Shown: in pieces, positions 10,516 to 24,740 of the stretch
Layout of the letters: the number at the start of each line of letters is the position of its first letter
How positions within the stretch are numbered: position 1 is the first letter of the stretch
Assembly: GCF_033153115.1 (NCBI RefSeq)
Contig: NW_026889777.1
Location: 9,362,001 to 9,426,000 of the forward strand
Source of the DNA: Saccostrea echinata
Taxonomy: Eukaryota
Length of the DNA: 64,000 nt
Direction: 5' to 3'
Notes under the pieces: generated by a model
Told to the model about the DNA's origin: nothing
The model's database searches: none
Seen by the model: only the letters and a program-made list of their open reading frames with translations
Translations under genes and position numbers: made by a program

Positions 10516-13500
10516 ATGCCTTCGGTCTCGGCTTTAAGCCGGACCGTGTCTGGCCCGATAGGACTGCATGAGGGGTCGAAAGAGTTACCACTTGTAGAAA
10601 CTATGGAACTTATAGAACCTCGGAGAGAGAAGACCGTTCCTAACCATCTTCTAGAAACAAGTAAATCAGAATAACATGCATATCTCTAAGAAAAATATCA
10701 CACCATGTCTGTTTTTTTTTTTTTTAAATAAGAGGATTAAATAGTAATTACATGTAGTGTTTTGATACAGCAACATCAACCTGCCATCATGTTTATTAAT
10801 TTTCCTTTTAAAACATAGAATGAATACTATCCGATAACATTTGTGCCCTTTCTCTCTTAGATTGACAATTACGCCAGCCATTAAATGTAACATGCTGTTC
10901 TAAATTTCCAGATAGATCTAGTATAAGCATAATGACAGCATTTCACCATTTTGTTTTTTTTTTTTTTTCAGAAATATATTCCAAAGTGTCACAGAATGCT
11001 TGTGTCCTTGCTAAACCTGCAATCATCCATTTTGGAGGATTTGAGGTGGATAAGAAACATGTGCAGTCCCTACAGATTGTCAATGCCTCAACAGAAGTCA
11101 TTAGAATGCACATTATTCCTCCACAATCCAAATACTTCTACATAAAATACAAGAAAACTGTAAGTATACAAGAAGTGCATTTCATTATGCACAGTGTGAT
11201 AACAGTGTAGGTAGCTGAATGATGAATTTTTGCCTTCAGGTTTAAAAAATCTTCAGGTGGACAGATTTGCATAAAAATCATATTGCAATGATTTGCAATT
11301 ATTATTCTACTTAACCAATACAGTTGGATTCATGTTTTTAGTAGAAAATGTTCACAGAATGTAAGTGAATCAACAAGTTATTGTACCAAATGTTTTCAGT
11401 TCAGTTCTAGTAATAATACTGCAAGAACTATGATAATCATTGTGGAAAAATAATACATGATTTTTGAATTCTTGTATATATATAACTGGTATACAGATAC
11501 AAAAAAAAAAGACAAATCACATTTCTTTAATAGATTTACAATTTGAACTGTTGAAATAAACCAGAACAATAAGTGTGATTTTTCAGTATCTACTAAGAAT
11601 TTCGAATAATACATGCTAGACCAAGTACTGTTTTTCAGTTTCTCTCAAATGAAAAATTGTTTTCTGTACCTCATTCATGAGTTGACCTAGATGTTAGTTG
11701 AACAGATTTGTTTTGAAGAGACTGATATGTTTGCTTCCTTTTTTACTTTACAGTATCTATATTCTGTTATTCATTTTATCAGGAACGCTTAGTGCCAGGG
11801 TTGACCATAGACTGTACTATAGAATTCAGTCCAGATGAATGGAGATATTACTATGACTGCATCAGAATTAATTGTCCAGTAAGTAAAAATCCAATGCAGT
11901 GACATTTTTTTTTCTTTTTTTTTTTAAATTCATATCAAAACTATTCACAATTACAAAAATACTGATGAAAATAAACTTTTAAAAATGAACTGTGCTTGTG
12001 TTTAATTTGAAAATTCTAATTTATTTAGCAAAATTTGCTGAATTTTCATGCAAATAAAAACCTTTTCTAAAGTGAAAAATTTTATTCATTAGGGGGAGGA
12101 AAACCTTGTGATTCCCATCCATGCTTATCCAGTAATGAGTACCAAGGACTTCCCCACACAGTTCAACTTCCCACCCGTACCTGTTGGTCATAAGTAAGAC
12201 AATACATCAATAAGTAGTTTAAGATTTATTTGGACTTCTTTTAACTATACACAATGAATTCTAAAGCTACAATTGAGTGGAAATACTAGGAAATCAAAGC
12301 TTTACAGTCTCAGTGCTTTTTAGAATGATACAGTTATTTCCCTTCTTTAACAATACACATTGAAGTTTAAGCTACAACTAAGTGAGAACTGATAGGAAAT
12401 CATAGTTATATGGTCACATTGCTTTTCAGAATGACACAGTTATTTCCCTTGAGATGTGAGGGACCAGTTGACTTTGAGTACCAGCTTATTTATGTACAAC
12501 CACACCCCTCCTTCACTGTTCACCCAATGAGTGGTAAATATACACCCCTCCTTTACTGTTCACCCAATAAGTATAGGATTTATAAACTAATGACATCTGA
12601 TTATTTTTGGACAAGAATTAGACTGGTGTAAGTTAATTGTTTTGTGTTTCAGATAAACATAATATCAATTATCTGAATGTTCAATGAATCATTCAGAAAT
12701 TGGTATGTTATATATTCTGTTGATTTGGGTTGATTTCATTGAATAAAAAAACATTATGTTGTGTGTTTCATATGTTTCGATACTTTATTTTTAGGGCTCT
12801 AAAATAATCTGAATATTTTACTATCTTGATCTTTTGTTGTAACTTATAACTATATTCTGTGTATTGTAGGTATTATTCCGGCCCATGGACAGACAGAGGT
12901 ATCTGTTACCTTTGCTCCTCTAGAATTTCAGACTGCACTGATGAAGATTCAGCTGACGATTTCCCAATTTAATTCCCAGCCAATCATGTGCACCTTTTCT
13001 GGTGTGTCCACACCAGGTCTATTGAAGTAAGTGCCCAGTCCGTGGCTGTCAATCAGCTTTGTCTAATGTACTGGTAAATACTTTTCTTTTGGACATGTTT
13101 TGCTTCCTTTGTTAAACTTCAATTTTACCCAAATACCATGAATCTACTGCAAGTTGATAAATATAGAATATCCCATTCTTTGAGGTTGGATATTATTTCT
13201 ATCCAACTTGTTGTGTGCTTTCTATTCCGAGCATTGGTGAGGGAATAGAAAACACAACGAGCTGGATAAAAATCATATCTAACCACAAAGAATGGGAGAT
13301 TATTTTTATGCCCCCGGATCGAAAGATCCCGGGGGTATATTGTTTTTGTCCTGTCTGTCTGTTTGTCTGTTTATCTGTTTGTCTGTTTGTCTGTCTGTCT
13401 GTTGTCAACTTTAACCTTGCCCATAACTTTTGATTGGTTGGAGCTATGACTTTCATATTTCACATGTGTATTCCTTGTGACAAGACCTTTCTTTGGGTAC

Positions 13501-16500
13501 CATCATATTTGACCTTATGACCTTGACCTTGGAGTTTGCCCCACTTTTGCAAAATTTTATGAGACTTTAACTTTGGCCATAACTTCTGAACAGTTGGTGC
13601 TTGGGGTTTCAAACTTCACATGTGTATTTTTTGTGACAAGGCCTTCCTTTGGATACCAACAACTTTGACCTTTTGACCTTGACCTAGGAGTTTGACCTAC
13701 TTTTGAAAAACTTTAACCTTGGCCATATCTTTTTAACAGTTGGTGCTTGGGGTTTCAAACTTCACATGTGTATTCCTTGTGACAAGACCTTCCTCTGGAT
13801 ATCAACCTCTTTGACCCTTTGACCTTGACCTAGGAGTTTGACCTACTTTTGAAAAACTTTAGCCTTGGCCATAACTTTTGAATGGTTAGAGCTAGGGCTT
13901 TCATTCTTCACATATGTAATCCTTGTGACAAGACCTTCCTTTGGATACCAACCACTTTGACCTTTTGACCTTGACCTAGGAGTTTGACCTACTTTTGAAA
14001 AACTTGAACGTTGGCCATAACTTTTGAACCGTTGGTGCTAGGCCTTTCATACTTCACACATGTAATCCTTGTGACATCACCTTCCTTTGAATACCAACCT
14101 CTTTGACCCTTTGATCTTGACCTAGGAGTTTGACCTACTTTTGAAAAACTTTAACCTTGGCCATAACTTTTGAATGGTTTGTGCTAGGGCTTTCATACTT
14201 CACACATGTAATCCTTGTGACAACACCTTCCTTTGAATACCAACCACTTTGACCCTTTGACCTTGACATAGGAGTTTGACCTACTTTTGAAAAATTTTAA
14301 CCTTGGCCATAATTTTTGAATGGTTAGTGCTAGGGCTTTCACATATGTAATCCTTGTGACAATACCTTCCTTTGGATACCAACCAAATTTATGGTTTGAC
14401 CTTGACATAGGAGTTTGACCTACTTTCGAAAAACTTTAACCTTGGCTTTAATTTTGAATGGTTGGTGCTAGGGCTCTCCTACTTTACATATGTAATCCTT
14501 GTGACAAGACCTTCCTTTAGATACCAACAACTTTGACCTTGACCTTGATGTTTTACTTACTTTTAAAAAACTTTAACCTTCGCCATAACTTTTGAACAGT
14601 TGCAGCTAGGGCTTTCAAATTTAACATTTTTTGTCTTTTGGCCTGGATTTTGACTTGCATTTGAGAAACTTTAACCTTCGCCATAAGCTGCCATACGGGG
14701 GCATCAGTGTTTCACAAACACATCTTGTTATCATGTGTTTTACACACAGCTATCTCATTTTACTTTGTTGTTATATACAAACCCACTTCATTTGATTTAA
14801 TCACCAGGTTTCACACAAAAACCATTGTGACATCATAATTGTAGATGTGAATATGTTATCATATGACCAATATCCACTGTTTAAAGGTGTAAACATGGGA
14901 TAAATACATATACATTATTGCTGTAGCAAACACTTTTGTCATTAATCTGATTGACTCACAATTTACATATCAAAATACTTTTCTAAGAAAGAGATATTGG
15001 CGCAAGACTTGAAAACTTTCAGAATACAGTAAAAGTTATTTATAAATAGGAAATTCTTTGAAGCGAATACTTGCTAATGGCACTTGTAAATATTTATTTG
15101 CCTCTGTAGGGAGATTTCTATGCAGTCACAAGGGATTGTTGACAACATCCTAGATCCCAGATGTCTCTCACCATTAGATAGGTCAAGGGAGAAAAAGAAG
15201 TCTTTTAAGATTAAATCCAAAGGCTCCCAGCAAACACCACAAGTAAGTCAGTTACTTGGATCAGTGAATCAGAAGAAAAGAGGTGAAATTGTGCAGTTTT
15301 TTATTTGTTTGCATGTTTTATTTAAGATTTTTATTTGTTTAGATATATTTATTATTTTGTTTTCCTTTGTTCTATGAATGCTTGGTATTTATTCCTTCTA
15401 CATTTTACCTCTTTAAAATCCATTTTGAATCAAACTTGGAGAAATTTGGGGTAGCTGATTAAGCATTGTTTTGTACATCATATAAAAAAGAGATAAAACA
15501 TTCATTGTGTTGACTTGTATTAGAGTAACACTGATAGTATTTTATTGACAGATTCAGGAAGTGGAGTACAATGGCGTTCGGTTTCCTCCAAAGCTAGATA
15601 CTCCGTATGCTGTGGCCCAAGTCCTGAACCAGGAGCCCGGGAAACTCCGAGCCAAAGATCTCCGAGACAGTATGTGAAGAGTTGTTTTACTGATTGACTG
15701 ATCTGATTAGTGAAGAAATATGTTTACAATTTGTTTACAATAAGGTTGCTTTTTGCTTAATTTTCAAAAAAAGGTCTCTCATGTTTGAATCAGTGTTTAA
15801 GTACCCCTGTTATAAATTCCTGAAGTTTTCTTAAGAAAGTTCTTCATGTTCATGTCATTTTAGTATTTACCATAAGATTTTAGTTATAAGTATGATTGAT
15901 GAAGTAATGTTGAGACTTATTCTGACTAATTTCATTTTGAATATTTCAGCTGTGCTAGCTCAAAAACAGTCAACTAATAAACCAGCCACTAGACAAATGA
16001 AAGTTAGTATTAACATTTAAAAATTTTCTAATACCCCCCTTTCACCGTACTCTTTAAATTGTGAATTACAAGTTATTAAAAAAAAACTTTTTACAAAACT
16101 GTTAAAAGTAATGGGTATTTTATACTTAAGAAGCCTAAAAGTCACTACTTTTTCGTGTCACAATGTTTAAAATCTTGTAAACTATACTCTAATTTTTGCA
16201 GGAAGCTATGTTTGAGCACAAGGTGAGACAAAATGTTTACGAAGAAAGGCAGAATCAACTCAGGTGGCAGGTTAAACTCGGGGACGATCAGATCACAAAT
16301 TCAGCCCGAGCCAAGATCCTAGAAGAACGAGATCAGTCCTGGAATGAATATAAAGTAGGCGTGTAAAAATTTAGCCAAGATTGGAATGAAATGTGCAATA
16401 AAGAATTTTGAGAAAGTATGAAAATGACCAGCCTTAATCAGATAAAAGAATTGTTTACATTCAATTTAAAACTACATGTATATTGAATATTGTTATATAA

Positions 16501-19500
16501 TTTTAGATATCAGAAATCCTATTAGAATCAAACGTAAGGTTTCCTGAGTTTATCGTTGATTTTTTTCAAAAGTGAAATTTGTCGGACTTTCTTTGGTTTG
16601 ATAGTTTGTATACAGTGTAGTTGAAAACAAACATTTGAATTCAATATTCTTTTTAAATAAATACCAGCAATTTCCAATGTCAGTGAAAAATGTCTGACAT
16701 TTTAGTTGTAAAGTTGGATGTTTTTTGGTGTATTTGTTCCATTTTCTTTCTTGTTACTTTTGAATAAAAAAAATTATTATAATACATTACATTTTATAAA
16801 GTTTAATAATGTACCTCATGCACCAGCGTAATGATTCATTAACGGTTCATAAGCTGATTTTGATAGCATCATCTGTTTTCTGACAGTATGACCGGCGTGG
16901 AGATCCAGTCATTGAGGAAGAATATAAGAGAACGGAAACAAAGTGTACTTTTAGGCGAACATTCCGTGACAACACAGATTTAGCTCCAGAGACAGCCATG
17001 TTTGATACTTACAGTAACGACCTATGGGCAACACGTCACGCTGCACTGGGAAAATTTGCTCAAGCTGCCAGAAAGGTAATTCAATATGAATATTTAGGTG
17101 CTTGATTATTCACTATTGGGTAATTTTTTTTATTTGTAATTACTCAGATAAGCAACAGCAAACATAATTTGTAAAAGTTATGAATCTGGATCAATATTAC
17201 CATACAAAATTTTACTTATGAACAGTTTTTTGACTGTAAACGATAATGTATGATAAATAAGTTCAGCAAATAAATATACTAAAAAAACACTTATAGCACC
17301 AGGAATGAACAATTTTGTTCTGTTATAAATGTAATTTGTTATAATCTTCATATTCATATTATATTCTAAAATGGCAGGGAATAAATTCACTTTGCTATTT
17401 AAAGCATTAATTCATCATAATTGTTTTGCTGTAATGATCTTCTACTATAGATGGGAAATAAACTTGGATCAGGAGTTCATTTGTTCATTTGAATTCTGTT
17501 TTGACAGGTGATTATTCACCTGAGAGCTAACTGGAAGATCAAGGTGCTGAAGAAAGTGGTACAGGATATCCTAGAGCAAGAGAGGAACGTGGAAACTAGG
17601 ACAGGTGGGCATTATATACTCCCAGTAGTCATAGGAAGCAGGGTCTGAAATCAGAAATCAAAATTTACTGAAACATTTACAAAGTAGAAACCAGAAAAGG
17701 TGGGAATAGGAACCAGGGTCCCAAATCAGAAATTAAAATCCTGAAAAAATGTTGTGCATAGTTAACCCTAGGAGTAATCCATACCTTGTCAAACTTTTAC
17801 CCTTGTATGTGCCTGAATTTTTGCTTTGCCATCTAAACTTAGGGCCCTGTCACACCAAGCTGCGTCCACACGGAGATATTACGGCGTTGTAAAAATTTTA
17901 AAAAGTGGAATTGCAGGGAAATTGCCCAAATTTCTGTAAAATTTTTACAATGTGAAGATGTCACGGCAACCCACGCATTTCTATGGCGTTCTCGCGGCGT
18001 GCTACTGCTACTGCGTTTCCATGGAAATCTCTTCGTGATTGACTGCACTTCCGCGGAGCTTTTACGGCGTGTTAGGAGTTGTCATCTCGCATTCACGGCG
18101 TTCTGACTGCGCTTGCTGCGTTCACAATACGTTCATAATGCGTTCTTCACTATGGATATATATTCAGAAGGAGTGTAACACATTTTTTTTTAAAGATTCA
18201 AGTCACATGACGAAAAGACTTCTGCTTATGCTAAGAAATATTCTTTAATTAAAAATGATCTATTTGAATAATTTAGTACTAAATTACTGACAGTTTTATA
18301 ATTAAAACCCTTCTTTTTTCAATTATATCAATTCAGATGTGTTTTTTCCTTTGATTTTATTATAAATATAAAAAAATAAACACACTGAAAAGTTGTTATA
18401 AAATTTAAGTAATTCCATCGCAACTCCACTGAAACAACAGAACAAGTTCTGGTGTAATTTTTTGCTTCCCAATTCCACTCCCATGCTCCTGGCCCTGAGT
18501 GCAACAAATACGTTAGAATTATTGCTGGTCAAATATGAGGCCATTGCTCTTGTTTTGTGAGCTGGCTGACAACGCTCTAACAACGCCATGAAAGTGCATT
18601 GGGATCGCAAACGGATGCGGTAGAAATGCCAAGAGGGCGCAATGATCGCAGTGACAACTCCTTGTTGTCGCTGTGTAATCGCAGTCAAAAAAATCCTAGG
18701 ACAATTTATCTCATTGGAAGCGCCGTAAAAGCTCGATAGAAACGCAGTGACATCTCCAAGGACTCCGCGAGATCTCCGTGGAAGCACAGTCTTCTATCAC
18801 TGCGTTCATGCTGCGATCATGTGCGTCTTCACGGCGTGCGTACGGAGCTCCCACTGCGTTGTTGGAGATCTCACCGCGCTGCTACGGCGATCATTCTACA
18901 TTTCTACTGCGTTCTTATCAGATGGCATTCACACGGCGCGTACTTTGTGCATGCCCAAAGTGCGGGCCGTCCCCTGGCGTTCTAGGAGACCCTACGCGAC
19001 CCTACCGTGTTCAGTGGAGATCTCACCGCGTTGTCACGGCGCTGTAGGAGACTCTACTGTGCTCACCTCGGCGTTTTGCATTTTTTATGAACACCGTGCG
19101 ATCGCCGTGAGGATGCAGTCCCGGTGTGACAGGGGTTTTACTGAACATTTATTTGTATATCACAGTTTGATCAATGTACAAAGTTATGATGTGAATAATT
19201 TGTTTACATGTTACTTGGTTGTAAATTAACAGCTCTGTTGGAGAAGAAGGAAAAAGAGGAGGAGATGGAACTGATTCCTCATGACATTCAGATAACGGCC
19301 AACAAAATCAAGAAGTACACGTTCCCCACCTACGTCCCTCCCAATGTCAAAGATGATATGGTAAGATATACTAAGTTAAAGTTCATTATCTCAAACACTG
19401 ATATCTCGAATACCAGGGATATGTCAAAGTGAGTTGTCAGTCTCAATCACTTAATCCTTATATTTATTACCCTGGTTATTGCAAATCATTGGAAATCGCG

Positions 19501-22500
19501 AAGTTTAATTTTGGTTTGAGATGACAAGGCTTGACTGTATGTATAGATATTTGAAGATGGAGACATTTTCATTTTTTTTAACCCAGTCGTGTTGTTCACT
19601 GACATTAACAATTATAGAGGAAAAAACTGTCCCTTTACTGACTAAAATGGAATTTTTTTCTGTAATTTTAACAAGTTTTGGACAGAATATGGAAATAAAA
19701 CCCATAATTTTACATAGGTACTGCATGGGGGAAAAGTAATATAAGGGACAGTGATTTATCAGAGTTACCTCCCTTACCAGGATCTCCCCTTTAAGGTTGC
19801 TTTCTTTCCATTTTTGGTGTTAAAGACTTGAAAATAAGGCTCATGAGATATATTTTAATAAGGCTGTGGTAGATGTTGCATTAATTCATTGTTTACTTTC
19901 ACAACAGGCCCCTGATGCACTAGGAAAAGTTCCCTATAAGCCATCTGAGGTTGTAGTGAAGAGAAAAGTACCATACTTTAATCTGAAGGTTCCCAAGCAC
20001 TACACACTGCTAGGTTACAATAAGCATCTGGTCCACGAGGCCTCCAGGGGGTATGTAGCCCCGAAACTGGCACGTCCACTCCGAACAGGGGCAGAGGTAA
20101 GTTAATACATGTACTACCCCTCTCTCTCTCTCTCTCTCACATAATCTAATGTTACATCATATTTATTCTATGATTTTTTTTAATCCAGGCCTACATAAAT
20201 TACATGTAGGTGTTCCTGTTGTCATTTGCTGACATATATTATTTGCTTTTTTCTGTAGGATGAGAGTATCAGAATCACTGTACCTACAGAGGAGATTGAG
20301 GTTGTCGCAGTAGATTCTGGAGAAGAAGACGTTACACAGGAAGTGACTCGTGAGGGGTCAGCTGTGAAGAAACCTCAGCCATTGGTTGCCCTAGTACCAC
20401 CCAAGGCTCTGTTCCAACCAATAGAATACCCATCTCTACATATCTTTGTGAGTTTTTTGTTGCAGTACAGTAAAATTACTACCGTAATATTGAATAGATA
20501 ATGAATTCTGAAATTTGTAACATTTTGATCTACAAAAGAAATCTTTACACAGGGTGTTATTTTAACCAATATCTGAACTTCCACTTAACTATTGGTTTCA
20601 ATTTGATCATGAATTTTTTTGTTTAAATTCTTTTGAAAATGTTCAATCAATTTTTCACATCTTTAATTTTTCTTACCATATTTCTCTAGTACATTTACAA
20701 AAAATTTTCCCCACTCATCCAATTTTTTATCATGTTTTTTTCATTACTGGTTTCTGTTTGCTGTTATAGAACCCTGCCCCTGGGCTACAGGTGTTCCAGG
20801 CACCCGTTCCTTACTCTGAGACTGACACAGACTTCCACCTGTGTCCCATCCCTACATACTTCAAGAAGGACTTTGCTACTAACCCCCACTCCGCCACCCA
20901 GAGGAGATACCTGGACAGGGAGGTAAGTTATCATGGTCATTTGAAAATGCAGATGTTTCAGGCAGATAAAATATTTCCCGAATTTAAGAGTTTTGGCAAT
21001 GACAGCATTAAAAGAGCCCAACATTGGATTATGCTTAGTGTCTGTTTCCATAATGTGATGGAAAGAAAAACAAAGCATTATCAACCATGGGTGTCCAGTG
21101 ATGCCATGGGCCTAATTTGACCATGTAAATTTCTGAAAAGTCAGACCTGTTTAAATTTAGTGGACAGAGCATTGCATATCTGTTGGAGCCCTGATAACTA
21201 CATATCAATTAAAAATGACATAATACTCTCATTTATGTATTTTTACATCATGAATTGTCTTCTGTCATATGTCAGAATCAAAATCTTCCAAAATAGTCAA
21301 TATTTCATGCTGATTTTCAATATTATGAACAGGGCACAACCCTGATCTAAAAATGTAAAAAGTATTTATTGGTAGTTATTAAAAATCAATACATTTTGTA
21401 CATAATACCTTGTTTATATTTTTTTTTCATATTGAGGGCTCTGCTGTTTCTTTAATTCTTTGTTGAATGTACAAAGAGACCAATTTTCCTTAAAAATTAA
21501 CATTGTAACTTTACAAAGCCCCTCAAACTCACATCAGTAATTTTTTTAATCTTTGTTTTTTTTTTGTTTTTTTTAACCTGCTAATAATGCATGTATCTAT
21601 CCAGACAAGAAGAAAATGATGTGTATGATACATGGACAAAGAATTACTGTGACTCATTTCTAGAGATATCACCTTTATTACTACAAATCTTACTTTTGTT
21701 TGATAACAGGATGTAGTTCGAGGCATTATGGGATGGAAGAAGTTTCCCTCCCAGGGTCTGACATCCCTCGCTAACACCCCCACACTGACCAGTGTATGGG
21801 TACCACGATGGTGAGTTGCTTCTTCTTTCACCATTTATATAAACTAGTTGTAAAAATTGTCTGATGGACACTGATGGAAAATACTGGTATGTGTGTTAGT
21901 TATAATTTCCATTAATGTTTTATAATGCATGAGATTGTATTTTCAATGTTTTGATATATCTAGCAATGATTATTTATGTTTTGGTATACAGCTTTTATGA
22001 TGTAATAATACTGGTAATTGTATAAATGTGTTTCTTTATGATTTAGTGATAATTTTAAGTAAATTATTGGTGTATCTGTCTTTGACAGGGACAACCAATT
22101 TGATAGTAATTGTTTATTGATTTTATATATGATTAAATTGTTAGCTTGTCTGTCTGTTACAGGGATGACCAGTTCGGTAGTGACCTACTTCCAGAGGAAG
22201 TCCCCGTCCTGCTTGATCAACTGCCGGAGGATGACAGACAAAACATTGAAGAGTAAGGCCCAGTGTTCGCAATTTGTCGTTTGATTGATGGACAGTTTAG
22301 AAGAACTTACATTTTATATTTCTTTTACAGTTCATCAAGATTACTGTAAATCCCTTTTTATTCATGAGAACTATTTTGGCTTAATTATGTGAGACTATCT
22401 CGTTGCAAAAATTTCCTTCTCTTTCAGTAACAAGTGTAAAGATCAGTCACACTGCAATCAAATATGATAATCACTGCAATTTTTTTTCTTCTATTTTTTG

Positions 22501-23964
22501 CCTTTAATAATAAGAATTATTTTTCATCTGTCAAATATATGTAAACATACAACTCCAAACCAAATTTTAAGTGTATTGTATGTTTCGTAGTGAATGATAA
22601 CTCTTCCTTAGTTAAATCTTTGACTTCTTTGTCTTATTTCTCAGGGAGGAGAATGAAAACTTCACACAAAGCTCTGAAATGATCTTGACCCCAGATATGG
22701 TTTCTGCACAGTTTGCAATTATTGACCCCAAAGTTCCAACAGAAGAAAAAGTTGCACCGTGAGTTTCATCAATTTCTTTTCGTTTTTATTATTTTTCCAA
22801 AGTGATTAGAGTTGGTTAAATTCAATTCAATTTCAAGATTAGGAATGTGACACTTGTATTCATATTTGATATTTTATTTATTTTTTTTTTAGTTAAGACC
22901 CCTTTTCAAATTTCTAGATCTGCTACTGGTATTGTTTTATAAATTAACGCAATTTATTGTCCAAGTTAATGAAATAAACAGAGCTAATAGTATATGTTGT
23001 AGTGCATTGCGAAAAAAAAAAAATTGAACAAAATGAAATTTAAAAAATGCATATGTTCAAACAATGATAGAATATGCTTTAATTAAGAATTGTCAAAAAT
23101 AAATTTCAGTGACACTTTCCCACACGGAAACAAGCTCCCATCAACAAACATTCCAGTATCGACATACGGGCCAGTGCCAAGGTAAAGCAGGGGTTATTGT
23201 TTTAAGTTTCAGCTCTCTTCTGTTCACTTGTATAAATTTTGCTTTAAAGCTTATGATTTTTAAAAAGAAACCTAATTTATACTGTAGAAGCACAATGGGG
23301 GGGGGGGGGGGGGGGTGTTAAAATTTCGTTGATTTGTCATTTAAAAAGGTTTTGTGGGCATTAAGTTTTGTTCTCTCGAAAGAAGCTCTATTCAGTATAT
23401 AGTCATATAAAAATTTCATATGGGATTAAATTCGTTGACAATTGTTAACAATGAAATATATGAAATTTAATCGCAAACGAATATTTCTGCTTTTACAGTA
23501 ATTGAAATGCTCACAATTTTAGCATACTGTGCTAAACAAAATTTGACAGAAATGACTTTTAACTTGACGGTTTTATAAAGGAATAATAGACATTTTTATC
23601 CCAGTTAGAGTTATCTCCCTTAACAAAGGGTCATTGAACATTAAGTACAGTGGCAAAACTTCAATTTGTGAACAAAACTTGCATGCAGGAAAAACTTACC
23701 TGATAATTAATATGATTGCAATATTTGTGGAGGGTACATATTTAATCAGATGTTTCCATTCAAAAAACATGGATAATTTGTGATATTTTGATATCTAATT
23801 TTTCTGTTGTACATAACTGTGATTTTGTTTTTTTCAGAGAGAAGAGGGAAGAGGAGCTAGAGTTTTTCATGACTAAAAAATACAACCGTTTAGGATCCAA
23901 AATACAAACTAAAAATACAACCCTGTCTAATTCAGTCACAGATCCAAGCCTGTTACTGAAGTGA
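10516..23964 (+). CDS. CFAP221: Cilia- and flagella-associated protein 221 (PCDP1), complete, 21 coding exons, 898 aa: 10516-10660, 10972-11159, 11783-11878, 12093-12193, 12430-12533, 12870-13026, 15110-15242, 15552-15669, 15950-16002, 16202-16354, 16887-17075, 17508-17604, 19233-19360, 19908-20096, 20259-20447, 20770-20922, 21710-21810, 22163-22252, 22645-22758, 23110-23181, 23838-23964
   Basis: Exons join in frame (2697 nt including TGA), all GT-AG. Peptides [84 protein letters not shown] and the IQ-like [10 protein letters not shown] match vertebrate CFAP221 as I remember it. Confidence 0.93.
13303..14729 (+). mobile_element. Helentron-associated non-autonomous element (HINE/DINE-like), family A, with ~8 x 146-bp internal tandem units
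   Basis: 5' TTTTTATGCCCCC plus hairpin plus (TCTG)n microsatellite. 146-bp period (GACCTAGGAG at 13681, 13827, 13973, 14119). 3' GGGGGCAT sub-TIR and GTGTTTCACAAACAC palindrome. Confidence 0.85.
17842..19137. mobile_element. PIF/Harbinger-like non-autonomous element in CFAP221 intron 12
   Basis: TTA|GGGCCCTGTCACACC...GGTGTGACAGGGGTT|TTA (3-bp TWA TSD). GC-rich subterminal regions with repeated CACGGCG. Confidence 0.75.
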
Positions 23965-24397
23965 GAACGGGTTGCTGCTAGAGAAAACAGTATTTTATAA
24001 CTTTGTAACTCACTCACATTGAAAGTTTGTGCACATATTGAATTTTATTCTCTACTTCAAAAGAAGTGTATATGAATTCCATGAGAAGTTATTGTAATTC
24101 TGTGATGTGCATCCAGGAAATTTAGTGTACCAGTACGTTCTTTGTGTGAGAGAAAGAGATTTACAATGTTTGAAATGACAGTCTCTGTTATGTTCAGGAA
24201 TATGTCTTATTGATATGTGAATTCTCAAAAATATGTTTGTTTTTTTTTCCTTTTGAGAAATCTTTGGTGTTATGAGTGTAACTATTGTTATATAAGAAAA
24301 TCTGAAACATTTAAGAATGCTTCAATCCAAAATTCAGCCGTCCAGTTCTATAAAATGTGTGTGATATTTGTGGTTCTACCATACATTTTAAGATGTA

Positions 24398-24403
24398 AAT
24401 AAA
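24398..24403 (+). terminator. Probable CFAP221 polyadenylation signal
   Basis: AATAAA ~430 nt after the stop codon, followed by T-rich downstream sequence. Confidence 0.5.
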
Positions 24404-24740
24404 AAATCTATTTATACTTGAATATAAATTGTTTTTATTTCTCTACTTACTGTATATTGACTCCAGATTTTACTTTGTGAATTAAAGAAAATTGTTTTAC
24501 GGTTAAAAGTTGGTTCCTATACAAATCTATACTAAAGAAAGTCTAACATTTCCAATGTTTTACTGAGTGGTCATAAAGAAAATCGAAGTTGGACCGTAGA
24601 GTGAGATATTGGACCTGTCGATGAGATATTGGACCACTTACGTCAAACCATGAGCAGGATTTGCATTCGTTGGTGTTTGACAGTGACAGAATTGAGCGAG
24701 TTTTAGTGCAAAAAAGGAAAGTTACATCATGGAAGCCAGC

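Noticed and set aside
13199-14408. Recurring short ORFs such as [16 protein letters not shown] (also at 28.6-30.7 kb)
   Set aside because: These are translations of HINE tandem units, not a gene family.
17839-19229. 154-aa and 160-aa ORFs
   Set aside because: They lie in the GC-rich arms of a Harbinger-like MITE within a CFAP221 intron and have no recognisable domain.
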